DNA from: an uncultured Candidatus Saccharibacteria bacterium
GTDB taxonomy: Bacteria; Patescibacteriota; Minisyncoccia; Sungbacterales; HO2-52-23
Length of the DNA: 55,703 nucleotides
Assembly (NCBI GenBank): GCA_964412615.1
Contig: CAYPPK010000005.1
Location: 1-55,703 of the forward strand
Direction of reading: 5' to 3'
The position numbers were made by a program, and so were the translations under genes. This document shows, in pieces, positions 29,540-40,285 of this stretch. The notes beneath the pieces were generated by a model that saw only the letters and a program-made list of their open reading frames with translations, ran no database searches and was not told the DNA's origin. Every line of letters begins with the position of its first letter. The stretch's first letter is position 1.

Positions 29540-31702
29540 TTAAATTTCTTCCGTAGTTGTTGCTTCAGAATTATGGCCGAAAACTTCCCGTGGTTTGGCG
29601 CCATCGGCCGGACCCACTATTCCTTTTGCTTCCATAATATCCAAAAGACGGGCGGCCCGCGCATAGCCTACTCGCAGGCGGCGCTGCAAATAAGAAGCAG
29701 AGGCCTTGCCCGCCTGCAGAACCAATTCCCTAGCTTCGTCATACAAGGGATCATTATCGCCAGATACATCATTGCCGAGATCCTCACTATCATCTGCTCT
29801 GGCATCAAAAATCGCTTCCTCATAGTCAGGAGCATCGGCTTCGCGCAAAAAGCCAACCACTTTCTTAACTTCCGACTCGGAAACAAAAGCCCCTTGAATG
29901 CGGCGCGGCTTGGAAGTATCGCCGGCCAAGAAAAGCATATCGCCATTGCCCAAAAGCTTTTCCGCCCCCGCCATATCCAAAACCGTGCGCGAGTCAATTT
30001 GAGACGCGACCTGAAAGGCAATGCGGGAAGTAATATTGGCCTTAATTAAACCAGTAATAACTTCCACCGAAGGCCGTTGGGTAGCTACAATTAAGTGTAT
30101 TCCTACCGCCCGCGCCATCTGCGCCAAACGAATAATTGATGCCTCTACCTCCCGAGGAAACATGGCCATAAGGTCAGCTAATTCATCAATCAAAATTACG
30201 ATATAAGGCAGCAATTCTTCTCCAGTTTTGGCAGCTTGGTTATTGAATCCCATGATGTCTCGCACATGATTTTGGGAAAGCAAATCATAGCGCCGATCCA
30301 TTTCTCTGGTAGCCCAGCGCAGGGCTTGGACGGTTTTTTTGGGATCGGTAATAACCGGTGTCAGCAAATGCGGAATATCGTTGTAAACCGAAAGTTCCAC
30401 TCTCTTTGGATCAACAATAATAAAACGCAAAATTTCAGGCGGGTTGCGGAAAATAAAAGAAGTCATAAGAGAGTGCGCCGAAACCGATTTGCCTGTTCCG
30501 GTAGCGCCCGAAATTAAAAGATGCGGCATTTTGGCCAAATCCGCAAAAACCGGTCCTCCGGTTACATCTCGGCCCAACGCGAAAAGCAATGGACTAGGAG
30601 CTTCCTGAAATAATTTATGTTCCAGAAGGGAGCGCAATCCAACCAGAGCAATGGAGCGATTGGGAACCTCTATGCCTACCAACGATTTGCCCGGAATAGG
30701 AGCTTCTATGCGTATGGGGTGAGCCGCCAAGGCTAAAGAAAGATCATTATGTAAAGCTACGATGCGAGACAGTTTTACTCCTTCAGCCGGCTTTAGGGTA
30801 TATTGAGTTACCGTAGGCCCGACAGAAACTTCACTCATATCAACTTCAATGCCAAAATTTTCCAAAGTTCTCTTGATGATATTGGCGTTGGCTTTGATGT
30901 CTCCGGAAGAAGGAGTGCCCCGGTCTCCCTGCAATAATTCCAAAGGAGGTTTTTTATAATCAAATTTTTTAGCATATCTTTTTACCGGCAATTCTGCCTG
31001 CCCTAAATCTATTTTATTTTGGTCTAGGGCCGCCGACGAGATAGCGGCAGAAGAATCTTTCCCTTTTTCCAATACTGTTTTTACGGCATTGCCAATTTCG
31101 TTTAAAACTTTAGCGGCCTCCGGAATTTCTTCTGCTGCGGTTTCTTCCTCGTTGCCTTCTTCGGTTTCTCCTTTCCGCCAGAGCGGAATATTAAGCATAA
31201 GTAGAAGGGAGATGGCAAAAAATCCGACCGCGATAATAAGCCCGGCCCAAAAATCAAATGCCTTAAGAAGTATTGACCCAAAAAGTCCGCCCAAAACCCC
31301 TCCGGTCCCTTCGCCAAAAATTATATGCAAATTAGTTAAACTTGTCAGTAAAAATAGAAATCCCCCTAATAAAGAAGCGGCTAAAATTTTTCTTTTTTCA
31401 GAAAATAAAAGTGAGAAGCCAATTAAAATGAAAGAAAGCGGCGCAAAAAAATAGCCGCCGCCCAAAAGCCAGCCTAGAGCCCGATAAATGCCATTACCCG
31501 CGCTTCCTCCCTTGCCCGCGTAACTTATGGCCAGCAGGGCAGCCGCCATGAAAGCAAAAATCGCCAAAGCGGATTTTTTGGTTTCGGGATGCAGATCCGC
31601 GTGCCAAGACTGCCTGTTTTTTTCTTCTCCGTCATCTCTCCTGCTCTTTTTCTTTTTCCGTGCCATCTTATTTATCATAGGCGAACGGGGCCACACTTTC
31701 AA
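29540..31702 (-). CDS. ftsK: DNA translocase FtsK/SpoIIIE
   Basis: It has N-terminal TM segments, a motor domain with Walker A GATGTGKS, and a C-terminal gamma winged helix (ASYLQRRLRVGYARAARLLD). The exact start is uncertain. Confidence 0.92.
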   Translation of the reverse strand: MKVWPRSPMINKMARKKKKSRRDDGEEKNRQSWHADLHPETKKSALAIFAFMAAALLAISYAGKGGSAGNGIYRALGWLLGGGYFFAPLSFILIGFSLLFSEKRKILAASLLGGFLFLLTSLTNLHIIFGEGTGGVLGGLFGSILLKAFDFWAGLIIAVGFFAISLLLMLNIPLWRKGETEEGNEEETAAEEIPEAAKVLNEIGNAVKTVLEKGKDSSAAISSAALDQNKIDLGQAELPVKRYAKKFDYKKPPLELLQGDRGTPSSGDIKANANIIKRTLENFGIEVDMSEVSVGPTVTQYTLKPAEGVKLSRIVALHNDLSLALAAHPIRIEAPIPGKSLVGIEVPNRSIALVGLRSLLEHKLFQEAPSPLLFALGRDVTGGPVFADLAKMPHLLISGATGTGKSVSAHSLMTSFIFRNPPEILRFIIVDPKRVELSVYNDIPHLLTPVITDPKKTVQALRWATREMDRRYDLLSQNHVRDIMGFNNQAAKTGEELLPYIVILIDELADLMAMFPREVEASIIRLAQMARAVGIHLIVATQRPSVEVITGLIKANITSRIAFQVASQIDSRTVLDMAGAEKLLGNGDMLFLAGDTSKPRRIQGAFVSESEVKKVVGFLREADAPDYEEAIFDARADDSEDLGNDVSGDNDPLYDEARELVLQAGKASASYLQRRLRVGYARAARLLDIMEAKGIVGPADGAKPREVFGHNSEATTTEEI

Positions 31703-31769
31703 TGGGTATAATCAACAATAAACAACGGCGACTAGGCAAAACTTGCCGTTTAAATAAATTAACCGCAGT

Positions 31770-32294
31770 ATGAGCTTAGATAGTTCTTTGGAGACAAATA
31801 TGGATCTCAGTGTGACCTATCAAGTAATTCAAGTTGCCGTTACCAGAGCCGTGCAAGAAGTTAATCCCTTATTGCCGGATGAAGAAAAGCATCGCAAGGG
31901 CGGATATCTTTGTCTTAGCGATCGTCAGTTTCCTTGGCCGCCGCTTTTTATAACCGGCATAGGCGAATTATTGCTAAGCGCCCCGGAACGAGGGTTGTAT
32001 TATAATCAATGCCAAGAAAGAGTTAAGCATTTGATTCATATTACATTTCCCAAGCATGTTAGTGGCCGTATGGGCATGGTCCCCTCGTCAGCAAAACGAG
32101 ATGGCGGCATTAAAACAGATTTTTATCTTATGGCTTTCGCTGGTCTTTATCCAGATATGGCCAATGAAGCGGTGGTACTTCTAGCCGCCCGGCGTCTTGG
32201 CTTGCTTAGCCGCAAAAAGGCTGATGCAATTGCAAAAGCGAGCAGCAATTCATTCTTTCTCGGCCGAGAATGGCCCATTACCGGAGGACCTTAA
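31770..32294 (+). CDS. hypothetical protein (174 aa)
   Basis: A long ORF in an otherwise empty gap. I do not recognise a family. Confidence 0.45.
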   Translation: MSLDSSLETNMDLSVTYQVIQVAVTRAVQEVNPLLPDEEKHRKGGYLCLSDRQFPWPPLFITGIGELLLSAPERGLYYNQCQERVKHLIHITFPKHVSGRMGMVPSSAKRDGGIKTDFYLMAFAGLYPDMANEAVVLLAARRLGLLSRKKADAIAKASSNSFFLGREWPITGGP

Positions 32295-32417
32295 TAATTT
32301 TATAATGCCTCATCTGACGGTAAAAATCTTCGGATTAGGCAATTTTTAATTGCGCATATAGAAAGAGATAGTTTTATATATACGATCGTAGGTGGAATGT
32401 AAATATAACCGGAAGCC

Positions 32418-35400
32418 TTAATCCTTTTTAAAACCGGTACCAGCTGGTATTAAACGCCCAATGATGACATTTTCTTTTAGGCCGCGTAATTCATCTTTTT
32501 TACCGCGAATAGCTGCATCAATAAGCACCCGAGCAGTTTCTTGAAAGGAGGCAGCCGAAAGAAAGCTGTCAGTAGAAAGCGCAACTCTGGTAATACCCAA
32601 GAGCAGCTGAAAAGCACGAGCTGGTTTTTTGCCTTCCCGCACCGCCTTGATGTTAGCCCGGCGGAATTCTCTTTTTTCCAGCACTTCTCCTACGCTTAGA
32701 TCAGTTTCTCCGGAGTCCTTAACCCGCACTCGGCTGAACATTTGTTTGACAATCACTTCAATGTGCTTGTCATGAATGGGGGCGCCTTGCAAAGAATAAA
32801 TCTTCTGCACCTCTTTAACTACATAGCGCTCTACCGCTTCTTTTCCCGCATACTTGAATAGTTCCCGCAAATCCGCATGGCCTTCCGAAAGTATATCCCC
32901 TTTTTTTATTTTGGATCCTTTCTTTATTAAGATGCCGGTGGCAGGCGGAATAATAAATTCCTTAATGTCTCGCTGAGCCGCGCCAATTTTTAACAAAGAT
33001 TTTTTCTTAGGTGCTTCTTCTTCGCCGGGTTCAACTTGCACTCGGATGATTTTATCCCGGCCGGCTTCGGCAATTTCTACTACTTCGCCAGCTGCGTCAC
33101 TTAAAATTGCTTTACCTTTCGGAGGGCGCACCTCAAAGATTTCTTCCACCCGCGGCAGACCGGTAGTGATATCTCCGCCTCCCGCCACGCCTCCAGTATG
33201 AAAGGTACGCATGGTAAGCTGAGTTCCCGGCTCGCCAATGGCCTGTGCGGCTACAATTCCCACTGCTTCCCCTAAACGTATTGGCAGGTTATTGCCCAAA
33301 TCATAGCCGTAGCATTTTTGGCAAACACCGGTTAAACTGCGGCAAGAAATGGGCGAGCGAACAATAATTTCTCCTATTCCCAATTCATCTAATTTCTTCC
33401 CTTTTTCATGATCAATTATTTCTCCGGCAGCCAAAACCATATTTCCTTGGCTGTCTTTGACGTCAACAAAAAGCATGCGGCCAAAAGCTCTTTGGCCTAA
33501 AGACTTATTGATTTCTTCTGAATCCTCGGGCCGGATTGCCAGGCCTTTTTTAGTTTTGCAGTCTTCTTCATAAACAATGACGTCTTGAGCCACGTCCACT
33601 AAGCGTCGCGTTAAATAACCAGCAGCGGAAGTCCGCAAAGCAGTATCAGCAGTTCCCTTACGCGCGCCGTGAGTGGAAATGAAGTATTCCAGCACGTTTA
33701 AGCCTTCTTTATAAGAAGAAAGTACCGGCAGCTCAATAATTTTACCGGCCGGGTTTACTACTAATCCTTTCATGCCTGACATCTGCCTGATTTGAGTCCA
33801 AGAGCCGCGTGCTTTAGCGTCTACCATGCTATAAATGGAACCCTCTCGCGCGAGTGAATCTGGCACCAATTTGGTAATTTTATCCACCACTCCTTGCCAC
33901 AATTCTACGATACGGTCATAACGCTCTTTTTCGGTCAGCAATCCGCGCTGGTATTGATCCACAATTTCCGTAACCTTAGCTTCGGCCTCGCGGATAAGAT
34001 TTTTTTTGTCAGAAGGAATAATGAGGTCGTCAATACCCCAAGAAATACCGGAACGGGTGGCAAATTCAAAACCAAAATTCTTGATTTTATCCAAAATTGG
34101 AGGAGTTTCTTTGATGCCGTAGCGCTTCACGGCTCGAGCCACGATTTCCCCCAGATCGCGCTTGCGCAGCTGTTGATTCACAAAAGGAAAATCAGCCGGC
34201 AAAGCGCGGTTAAAAAGCATGCGGCCGACGGAAGTTTCAATAATTTGGGTCCCCTCCTCTTGGGGATTGCCTGCCTGCGCAGTCAGACCGTTTAATTTGG
34301 CTTTGGGCAAGCGCACTTTTATTTTGGCCTGCAAATCAACTGCTTTAAAATCATAGGCCAACATAGCGTCTTCCTCGGAAGCAAAAATTTTTCCAGTACC
34401 CGGTAAATTTTCTTTAATTAAAGTGGCAAAATAGCAACCCAACACAATATCCTGGGTCGGATCTACAATCGGGTCGCCGGTTGCCGGCTTCAATAAGTTT
34501 TTTACCGAGAGCATTATCTCCCTGGCTTCGGTCTGCGCTTCTTGGGTTAGAGGCAAGTGTACGGCCATCTGATCTCCGTCAAAGTCGGCATTGAAAGCGG
34601 GACAGACCATGGGATGAATTTGAATTGCGTCGCCTTCAATAAGCACCGGTTGAAAGGCTTGAATTCCCAGCCGATGTAAAGTAGGGGCGCGGTTCAGAAG
34701 CACATATCGCCCCTCAATAACTTCTTCCAACACAGCCCAAACCCTTGGATCCTGATCTTCAATCATGCGGCCTGCTCCTTTTATATTATAGGCAAATTCT
34801 TTTTCAATCAGCCGGCGGATAACAAAGGGTTTGAAAAGTTCCAAAGCCATTTTCTTGGGCAAGCCGCATTGGTGCAAAGCCAGTTCCGGACCGACGACGA
34901 TGACCGAGCGACCGGAATAGTCCACTCTTTTTCCGAGCAGATTTTGTCTGAATCGTCCTTGCTTACCCTTCAAAATATCAGCCAGGGATTTTAGCGGCCG
35001 GCGCTGTACCTGTGAAGCAACCGGAGCGGTGCCGCGGCGGATGGAATTATCAATCAAAGCATCCACTGCTTCCTGCAACATGCGTTTTTCATTGCGGGTG
35101 ATTACTTCCGGCGCATTTAACTCAAATAAGCGCTTGAGGCGGTTGTTGCGGTTGATAACTCGGCGATAAAGGTCATTGAGATCAGACGTAGCGTAGCGGC
35201 CTCCATCCAGTTGCACCATCGGACGCAAATCCGGCGGAATAATGGGTAGAACGGTAAGAAACATCCATTCCGGCCTTACCCCAGCCCGAATCATGCCTTT
35301 TATAATTTGCAGCCGGCGCTGAGTTTTGCGGGCCAGGGCCGGCGGTTGATCAAGCACTTCAGCTTCCAACTTTTTTCGCAAATCATCTAATTTCAATTCC

Positions 35401-36065
35401 TCCAATATTTTACTAATAGCTTCCGCTCCGATGGCTGCTTCAAAAATTTCACCAAACTTGCGGCTTAAGCGGTGATATTCCACTTCTGAAATTACTTGAT
35501 GCCGCTCCAAGCCGCGCAATTCTTCTTTGGTTTTTTCTTTGGCATCTTTGAGCCGAGAAAGTTCTTCTTTACCCAGGTCTTTGGATTTAGCTTTAAACTC
35601 GCGCTCTATCTCTTCCAGGGCTTTAGTGCGAGCGGTTTCGTCAATTTTAGTTACAACGTAGCCGGCAAAATAAATTACTTTTTCTAAATCATTGACGGAT
35701 AGATCAAGCATCAAGCCGATTTTGGAAGGAACCCCGCGCAAAAACCAGATATGCGAAACCGGAGCCGCCAATTTCACGTGCCCCATACGTTCCCGGCGGA
35801 CAATAGAGCGGGTAACTTCTACACCGCATTTGTCACAAATAATGCCTTTATAGCGAATGCGCCGATACTTGCCGCAATAGCATTCCCAATCCTTGATCGG
35901 GCCGAAAATTCGTTCATCAAATAAGCCATCGCGTTCCGGCTTGGCGGTACGGTAATTGATGGTTTCTGGTTTGGTAACTTCGCCAAAAGACCACGTGGTA
36001 ATATTCTCGGGCGAAGCGAGTTTTAAAACAATTGCGCGGAAATCTTGTAGAGCAGTTTGTTCCAT
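32418..36065 (-). CDS. rpoC: DNA-directed RNA polymerase subunit beta'
   Basis: It has the NADFDGD catalytic motif and a zinc-binding N-terminus (CYCGKYRRIRYKGIICDKCGVEV), and is 1215 aa. Confidence 0.98.
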   Translation of the reverse strand: MEQTALQDFRAIVLKLASPENITTWSFGEVTKPETINYRTAKPERDGLFDERIFGPIKDWECYCGKYRRIRYKGIICDKCGVEVTRSIVRRERMGHVKLAAPVSHIWFLRGVPSKIGLMLDLSVNDLEKVIYFAGYVVTKIDETARTKALEEIEREFKAKSKDLGKEELSRLKDAKEKTKEELRGLERHQVISEVEYHRLSRKFGEIFEAAIGAEAISKILEELKLDDLRKKLEAEVLDQPPALARKTQRRLQIIKGMIRAGVRPEWMFLTVLPIIPPDLRPMVQLDGGRYATSDLNDLYRRVINRNNRLKRLFELNAPEVITRNEKRMLQEAVDALIDNSIRRGTAPVASQVQRRPLKSLADILKGKQGRFRQNLLGKRVDYSGRSVIVVGPELALHQCGLPKKMALELFKPFVIRRLIEKEFAYNIKGAGRMIEDQDPRVWAVLEEVIEGRYVLLNRAPTLHRLGIQAFQPVLIEGDAIQIHPMVCPAFNADFDGDQMAVHLPLTQEAQTEAREIMLSVKNLLKPATGDPIVDPTQDIVLGCYFATLIKENLPGTGKIFASEEDAMLAYDFKAVDLQAKIKVRLPKAKLNGLTAQAGNPQEEGTQIIETSVGRMLFNRALPADFPFVNQQLRKRDLGEIVARAVKRYGIKETPPILDKIKNFGFEFATRSGISWGIDDLIIPSDKKNLIREAEAKVTEIVDQYQRGLLTEKERYDRIVELWQGVVDKITKLVPDSLAREGSIYSMVDAKARGSWTQIRQMSGMKGLVVNPAGKIIELPVLSSYKEGLNVLEYFISTHGARKGTADTALRTSAAGYLTRRLVDVAQDVIVYEEDCKTKKGLAIRPEDSEEINKSLGQRAFGRMLFVDVKDSQGNMVLAAGEIIDHEKGKKLDELGIGEIIVRSPISCRSLTGVCQKCYGYDLGNNLPIRLGEAVGIVAAQAIGEPGTQLTMRTFHTGGVAGGGDITTGLPRVEEIFEVRPPKGKAILSDAAGEVVEIAEAGRDKIIRVQVEPGEEEAPKKKSLLKIGAAQRDIKEFIIPPATGILIKKGSKIKKGDILSEGHADLRELFKYAGKEAVERYVVKEVQKIYSLQGAPIHDKHIEVIVKQMFSRVRVKDSGETDLSVGEVLEKREFRRANIKAVREGKKPARAFQLLLGITRVALSTDSFLSAASFQETARVLIDAAIRGKKDELRGLKENVIIGRLIPAGTGFKKD

Positions 36066-36066
36066 T

Positions 36067-39000
36067 TTATTTTACTCGTGCTCGTGCTCGAGCAGGTTTA
36101 GCAACTTCACCGGCAGGTCGTTCTCCCGCCTCGGCTTCTTTTTTAACAATTTCCACATTCAAGGCTAAGCCTTTTAATTCATTAACCAACACATTGAAAG
36201 AAGCAGGAATATTAGGCTTGCGAATGGGCTCTCCATTTATAATGGCTTCATAAGTCGCCGAGCGGCCTAAAACATCATCGGATTTTATGGTCAGCATTTC
36301 TTGCAAAGTATGGCTTGCCCCATAACCTTCTAAGGCCCATACTTCCATTTCTCCAAATCGCTGCCCGCCGAATTGCGCTTTGCCTCCCAAAGGCTGTTGG
36401 GTGATAAGCGAATAAGGGCCGATAGAACGCATGTGAATTTTATCTTCCACCAAATGGATCAATTTCATTATATACATGTAGCCCACCGTAATATTTTGAT
36501 GGAATTTTTCTCCGGTTCGGCCGTCGCGCAAAGTTACCTTGCCTTCTGTCGGCAAGCCGGCTAATTGCAGTTCGCGTTTTATTTCTTCCTCCAAAACTCC
36601 CGCCAAAGCCGGCGTAACCGCGCTATAGCCTAATTTGCTGGCCGCCCAGCCAAGATGTGTTTCCAAAATCTGGCCCAAGTTCATGCGTGACGCTACCCCC
36701 AAAGGATTTAAAATCATTTCTACCGGTGTGCCGTCTTCCAAGTAGGGCATGTCTTCCTCGGGCAAAATTTTAGCAATTACTCCCTTGTTCCCATGCCGAC
36801 CGGCAAGCTTGTCTCCAACGGCAATATTGCGCAGTTGCGCCACGTCTATTTGCACTTGTTTTATTACGCCCGCTTCCAATTTATCCCCTTTTTCCCGCGA
36901 AAATACCTTGACTCCAACTACGCGGCCTCGTTTGCCGTGCGACAAACGCAAAGAAGTATCTTTTACGTCCCGAGCCTTTTCACCGAAAATCGCCCGCAAT
37001 AATTTTTCTTCCGGGGTTAAATCCGACTCCCCTTTGGGAGAAATCTTGCCTACTAAAATATCATTGGATCTAACATCCGCTCCCAAACGCACAATGCCGT
37101 CCTCATCCAAATTTTTTAATTTTTCTTCACCCACATTAGGAATATCCGGAGTGGTTATTTCCGGCCCCAGTTTAGTGTCCCGCACATCAATACTGAAATC
37201 TTCAATATGGATTGAAGAGAAGCGATCATCTTTTAAAAGTTTCTCCGAAATAATAATAGCATCTTCATAGTTGGCCCCGGACCAGGACAAGAAGGCAACC
37301 AAGATATTTTGTCCCAAAGCCAATTCCCCGGCTTCCGTGGAAGAACTGTCGGCCAAGAGATCACTGCGCTTGACTTTAGCTCCTTTGTTTATAATCGGGT
37401 GCTGACGAATAGCTGTAAAAGCATTGGTGCGCTGAAACTGCACCAATGGATAGGCGCGCAAGCGCCCGGTTTTTTCTTTTACTACAATTTCTTTGCCATC
37501 AACCGCCTCTACCACCCCCTCCTCTTCGGCAATGATTATGCGGCCTGAATCGCGGGCGGCTCTGGCTTCCACTCCTGTTCCCACTAAAGGAGCTTTTGGT
37601 CGTACGCAAGGCACAGCTTGCCTCTGCATGTTAGAGCCCATCATAGCGCGGTTAGCATCATCGTGTTCCAAAAACGGAATCAAACTGGTAGCCACGCTGA
37701 TTGCTTGCTGTGGTGATACATCTATATAGTCAACTTCATTTTTATTAACCAGCCCCGGGCTGCCGTGGATTCTGGCTTCAACTTGCTCTTCCGTAATATT
37801 TCCATCCTTATCAATTCCTATGCCGGCATGGGCAATGCGATATTTAATTTCGGCTGACGCGTCCAAATACTGAATTTCACTGGCAAGACGTCCATTTTTT
37901 ACTTTGCGGTAGGGAGTCTCAATCAAGCCTAAATCATTTAGGCGGGCGTATCCTGCCAAATGGCCTACCAAGCCGATGTTAGGACCTTCGGGAGTTTCTA
38001 TTGGACAAATACGACCGTAATGAGAAGGATGGACGTCGCGCACCTCAAAGCCAGCTCGTTCTCTTTGCAATCCGCCGGGACCCATCGCTGACAAGCGGCG
38101 TTTGTGCTCCAATTCAGAAAGCGGATTTACTTGATCCATAAATTGCGAAAGCTGGGAAGAGGTGAAAAATTCTTTCACCGATGCCATAAAAGGACGGGCA
38201 TTGATAAGCTGAGCAGGAGTAATGGTAAAAGGATCTAGCGTAGACATGCGGTCTTTTACAATGCGCCCCATGCGCGCTACGCCGACGCGTAATTTATTTT
38301 GCAAAAGCTCCCCCACTCCTCTTACCCGGCGATTTCCCAGATGGTCTATATCATCTGCCGGAGCGTCTCCTAAATTATTCAGCCGGATAATTTCGGTAAG
38401 CACGGCGATGATATCTTCCGAATTTAGAATCCTTGGATTTTTGCGCTCGCTTTTAGATTTTTTGGCATCGGTTTTGTTTTCCGATTCGCTAAGCGAAACT
38501 TCTTTTTTGTTTTGCAGACGCTGGTTAAATTTGTATCTTCCCACTTCGGCCAAATCGTAACGGTCGAAACTGAACATGGATTGGATCAAAGAACGAGCAT
38601 TATCAACCGTGGCTAAATCGCCCGGTCTTATGCGCTTATAAATTTCAATAAAGGAATCTTCTTGATTTTTAGTCGGATCGCGCTCCAGGGTTTTCTTAAT
38701 ATAGGAAATCTCTCCGTTATCTTTGGCACTAAACGCCGCTTGAATAGCTTCATTATTGGTAAGGCCAAAAACTTTTAGCAAGGCCGTAGCCGGAATTTTG
38801 CGCTTGCGATCTATCTTCACGTTAATAGTTCCGTCCAGGTCAGTTTCAAATTCCAGCCACGCTCCGCGGTTGGGAATGATTTTAGCGCCAAAATATTTGC
38901 GACCGCGAGCGGCATAACTGGTAAAATACACACCCGAGGAACGAATCAATTGCGATACCACTACCCGCTCCACGCCGTTTACGACAAAAGTTCCCCGTGG

Positions 39001-39336
39001 GGTCATGACCGGAAAATCGCCAAGATAAATTTCTTGTTCTTTTACTTCTTTGGTTTTTTTATTCGTCAGACGAGCACGGATACGCAAGGCCGCTTCAAAA
39101 GAAAGATTCAAAGCCCGAGCTTGATCTTCAACATATTTAGGTTCATCCAAATAATAATCAACAAATTCAAGAATTATTCCCTCCCCGGCAAATTCTTCTT
39201 TAATAGGAGAAACCTCAGCAAAAAGTTCGCGCAAGCCTTTGGCAAAAAACCATTTATAAGAATCCAGCTGAACTTCAGCCAGATTGGGTAATCCCACTAA
39301 GGGAAGCTTATGGCGCGAGAAATATTTTTTTTCCAT
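36067..39336 (-). CDS. rpoB: DNA-directed RNA polymerase subunit beta
   Basis: At 1089 aa it has conserved beta regions ([32 protein letters not shown]). Confidence 0.98.
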   Translation of the reverse strand: MEKKYFSRHKLPLVGLPNLAEVQLDSYKWFFAKGLRELFAEVSPIKEEFAGEGIILEFVDYYLDEPKYVEDQARALNLSFEAALRIRARLTNKKTKEVKEQEIYLGDFPVMTPRGTFVVNGVERVVVSQLIRSSGVYFTSYAARGRKYFGAKIIPNRGAWLEFETDLDGTINVKIDRKRKIPATALLKVFGLTNNEAIQAAFSAKDNGEISYIKKTLERDPTKNQEDSFIEIYKRIRPGDLATVDNARSLIQSMFSFDRYDLAEVGRYKFNQRLQNKKEVSLSESENKTDAKKSKSERKNPRILNSEDIIAVLTEIIRLNNLGDAPADDIDHLGNRRVRGVGELLQNKLRVGVARMGRIVKDRMSTLDPFTITPAQLINARPFMASVKEFFTSSQLSQFMDQVNPLSELEHKRRLSAMGPGGLQRERAGFEVRDVHPSHYGRICPIETPEGPNIGLVGHLAGYARLNDLGLIETPYRKVKNGRLASEIQYLDASAEIKYRIAHAGIGIDKDGNITEEQVEARIHGSPGLVNKNEVDYIDVSPQQAISVATSLIPFLEHDDANRAMMGSNMQRQAVPCVRPKAPLVGTGVEARAARDSGRIIIAEEEGVVEAVDGKEIVVKEKTGRLRAYPLVQFQRTNAFTAIRQHPIINKGAKVKRSDLLADSSSTEAGELALGQNILVAFLSWSGANYEDAIIISEKLLKDDRFSSIHIEDFSIDVRDTKLGPEITTPDIPNVGEEKLKNLDEDGIVRLGADVRSNDILVGKISPKGESDLTPEEKLLRAIFGEKARDVKDTSLRLSHGKRGRVVGVKVFSREKGDKLEAGVIKQVQIDVAQLRNIAVGDKLAGRHGNKGVIAKILPEEDMPYLEDGTPVEMILNPLGVASRMNLGQILETHLGWAASKLGYSAVTPALAGVLEEEIKRELQLAGLPTEGKVTLRDGRTGEKFHQNITVGYMYIMKLIHLVEDKIHMRSIGPYSLITQQPLGGKAQFGGQRFGEMEVWALEGYGASHTLQEMLTIKSDDVLGRSATYEAIINGEPIRKPNIPASFNVLVNELKGLALNVEIVKKEAEAGERPAGEVAKPARARARVK

Positions 39337-39541
39337 AAAACGCTATCTCTTAAAAAAGAGTAAAAAAAAGTTTGATTATTTAAACAAAATTAGGCAAAAT
39401 GAGAATACACCCTAAAAGCTCCCTTGTTACTTAGGGCTATTATCAAACTGGAGATTAGTACCTAATCTCGCAAGTAATAGAAGTATTAAAACTTAATTTT
39501 TAACGCACCCAGCCTTCCGTAAAAGTCTCGCAGTTATTTCT

Positions 39542-39570
39542 AGTATAAAGGATAAAGCGAAACTTGTCAA
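39542..39570 (-). promoter_or_regulatory. candidate rpoBC promoter with a ~200-nt leader
   Basis: The minus strand reads TTGACA (39565-39570), a 17-nt spacer, then TATACT (39542-39547). Confidence 0.55.
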
Positions 39571-39661
39571 TTCCTGCTCTATCCTTGGCTAAACTATAAT
39601 AAAACCGCAAAAATAAGGCAAGTAGAGTTATCCACACGTCCCCTATCTGCCTATTCCCAAA

Positions 39662-40048
39662 TTGCTTCTTAAAAATATTGCTTCGGCCTTCATTTTGTGC
39701 TACGGTAATCTTGTGGGGTTTTTAACCAAGCTTATAGCCAAAATACTCCTTAATGGCGGAGCCCTATATGTCGCCCGGATCTACGTGCCGGGATTTCTAT
39801 TGGCTGAAGGATCGTATACGCTTGCCTTTGGCGGTTTGGTGCTAGCATTGTTGAATATTTTTGTCCGTCCGCTTTTAAGATTTATTGCTTCGCCTTTGGT
39901 CTGGATAACTTTCGGCTTGTTTAATATCGTAATTCATGTCGCTATTCTTTGGATTGCCGATACTCTCTTGACGCAGCTTACCATCACGAGTTTCTCCGCG
40001 CTTTTCTGGGCAGCAATCATTATAGCGATTGCTAACATCTTTATTTAA
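39662..40048 (+). CDS. small 4-TM membrane protein, phage-holin-4_2/DUF360-like
   Basis: It has four hydrophobic segments. The pattern LNGGALYVARIYVPGF ... LLNIFVRPLLRFIASPL ... LFNIVIHVAILWIAD resembles the YvlD/DUF360 family. The start codon is uncertain. Confidence 0.55.
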   Translation: MLLKNIASAFILCYGNLVGFLTKLIAKILLNGGALYVARIYVPGFLLAEGSYTLAFGGLVLALLNIFVRPLLRFIASPLVWITFGLFNIVIHVAILWIADTLLTQLTITSFSALFWAAIIIAIANIFI

Positions 40049-40058
40049 AACTTAGACC

Positions 40059-40277
40059 ATGATTCAAATTCTAAATATCATACAAATAATCATAGCAGTC
40101 TTATTGGTAGGCGCTATTTTGTTGCAGCAACGAGGTGGCGGACTTTCTCCGGTATTCGGAGGCGATTCCGGCGCTTATCGCACCCGCCGAGGGGTGGAAA
40201 AAAGCCTTTTTATTGCCACTATTATTTTATCTTTTTTGTTTTTGGCTACGGCTATCCTCCACATAATGCTTAGCTAG
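40059..40277 (+). CDS. secG: preprotein translocase subunit SecG
   Basis: The 72-aa protein has two TM segments and a central LLQQRGGGLSPVFGG motif. Confidence 0.8.
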   Translation: MIQILNIIQIIIAVLLVGAILLQQRGGGLSPVFGGDSGAYRTRRGVEKSLFIATIILSFLFLATAILHIMLS

Positions 40278-40285
40278 AGGGCAAC

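Noticed and set aside
33894-39291. ORFs antisense to rpoC and rpoB (33894-34295, 36749-37270, 38222-38560, 38950-39291 and others)
   Set aside because: They are embedded in the rpoB/rpoC coding sequence and are shadow frames.
39662-40048. A holin-family protein as a sign of a prophage
   Set aside because: There are no phage structural, lysin, integrase or terminase genes nearby. The DUF360/holin-4_2 family is widespread as a chromosomal membrane protein, and the neighbours are secG and rpoB.
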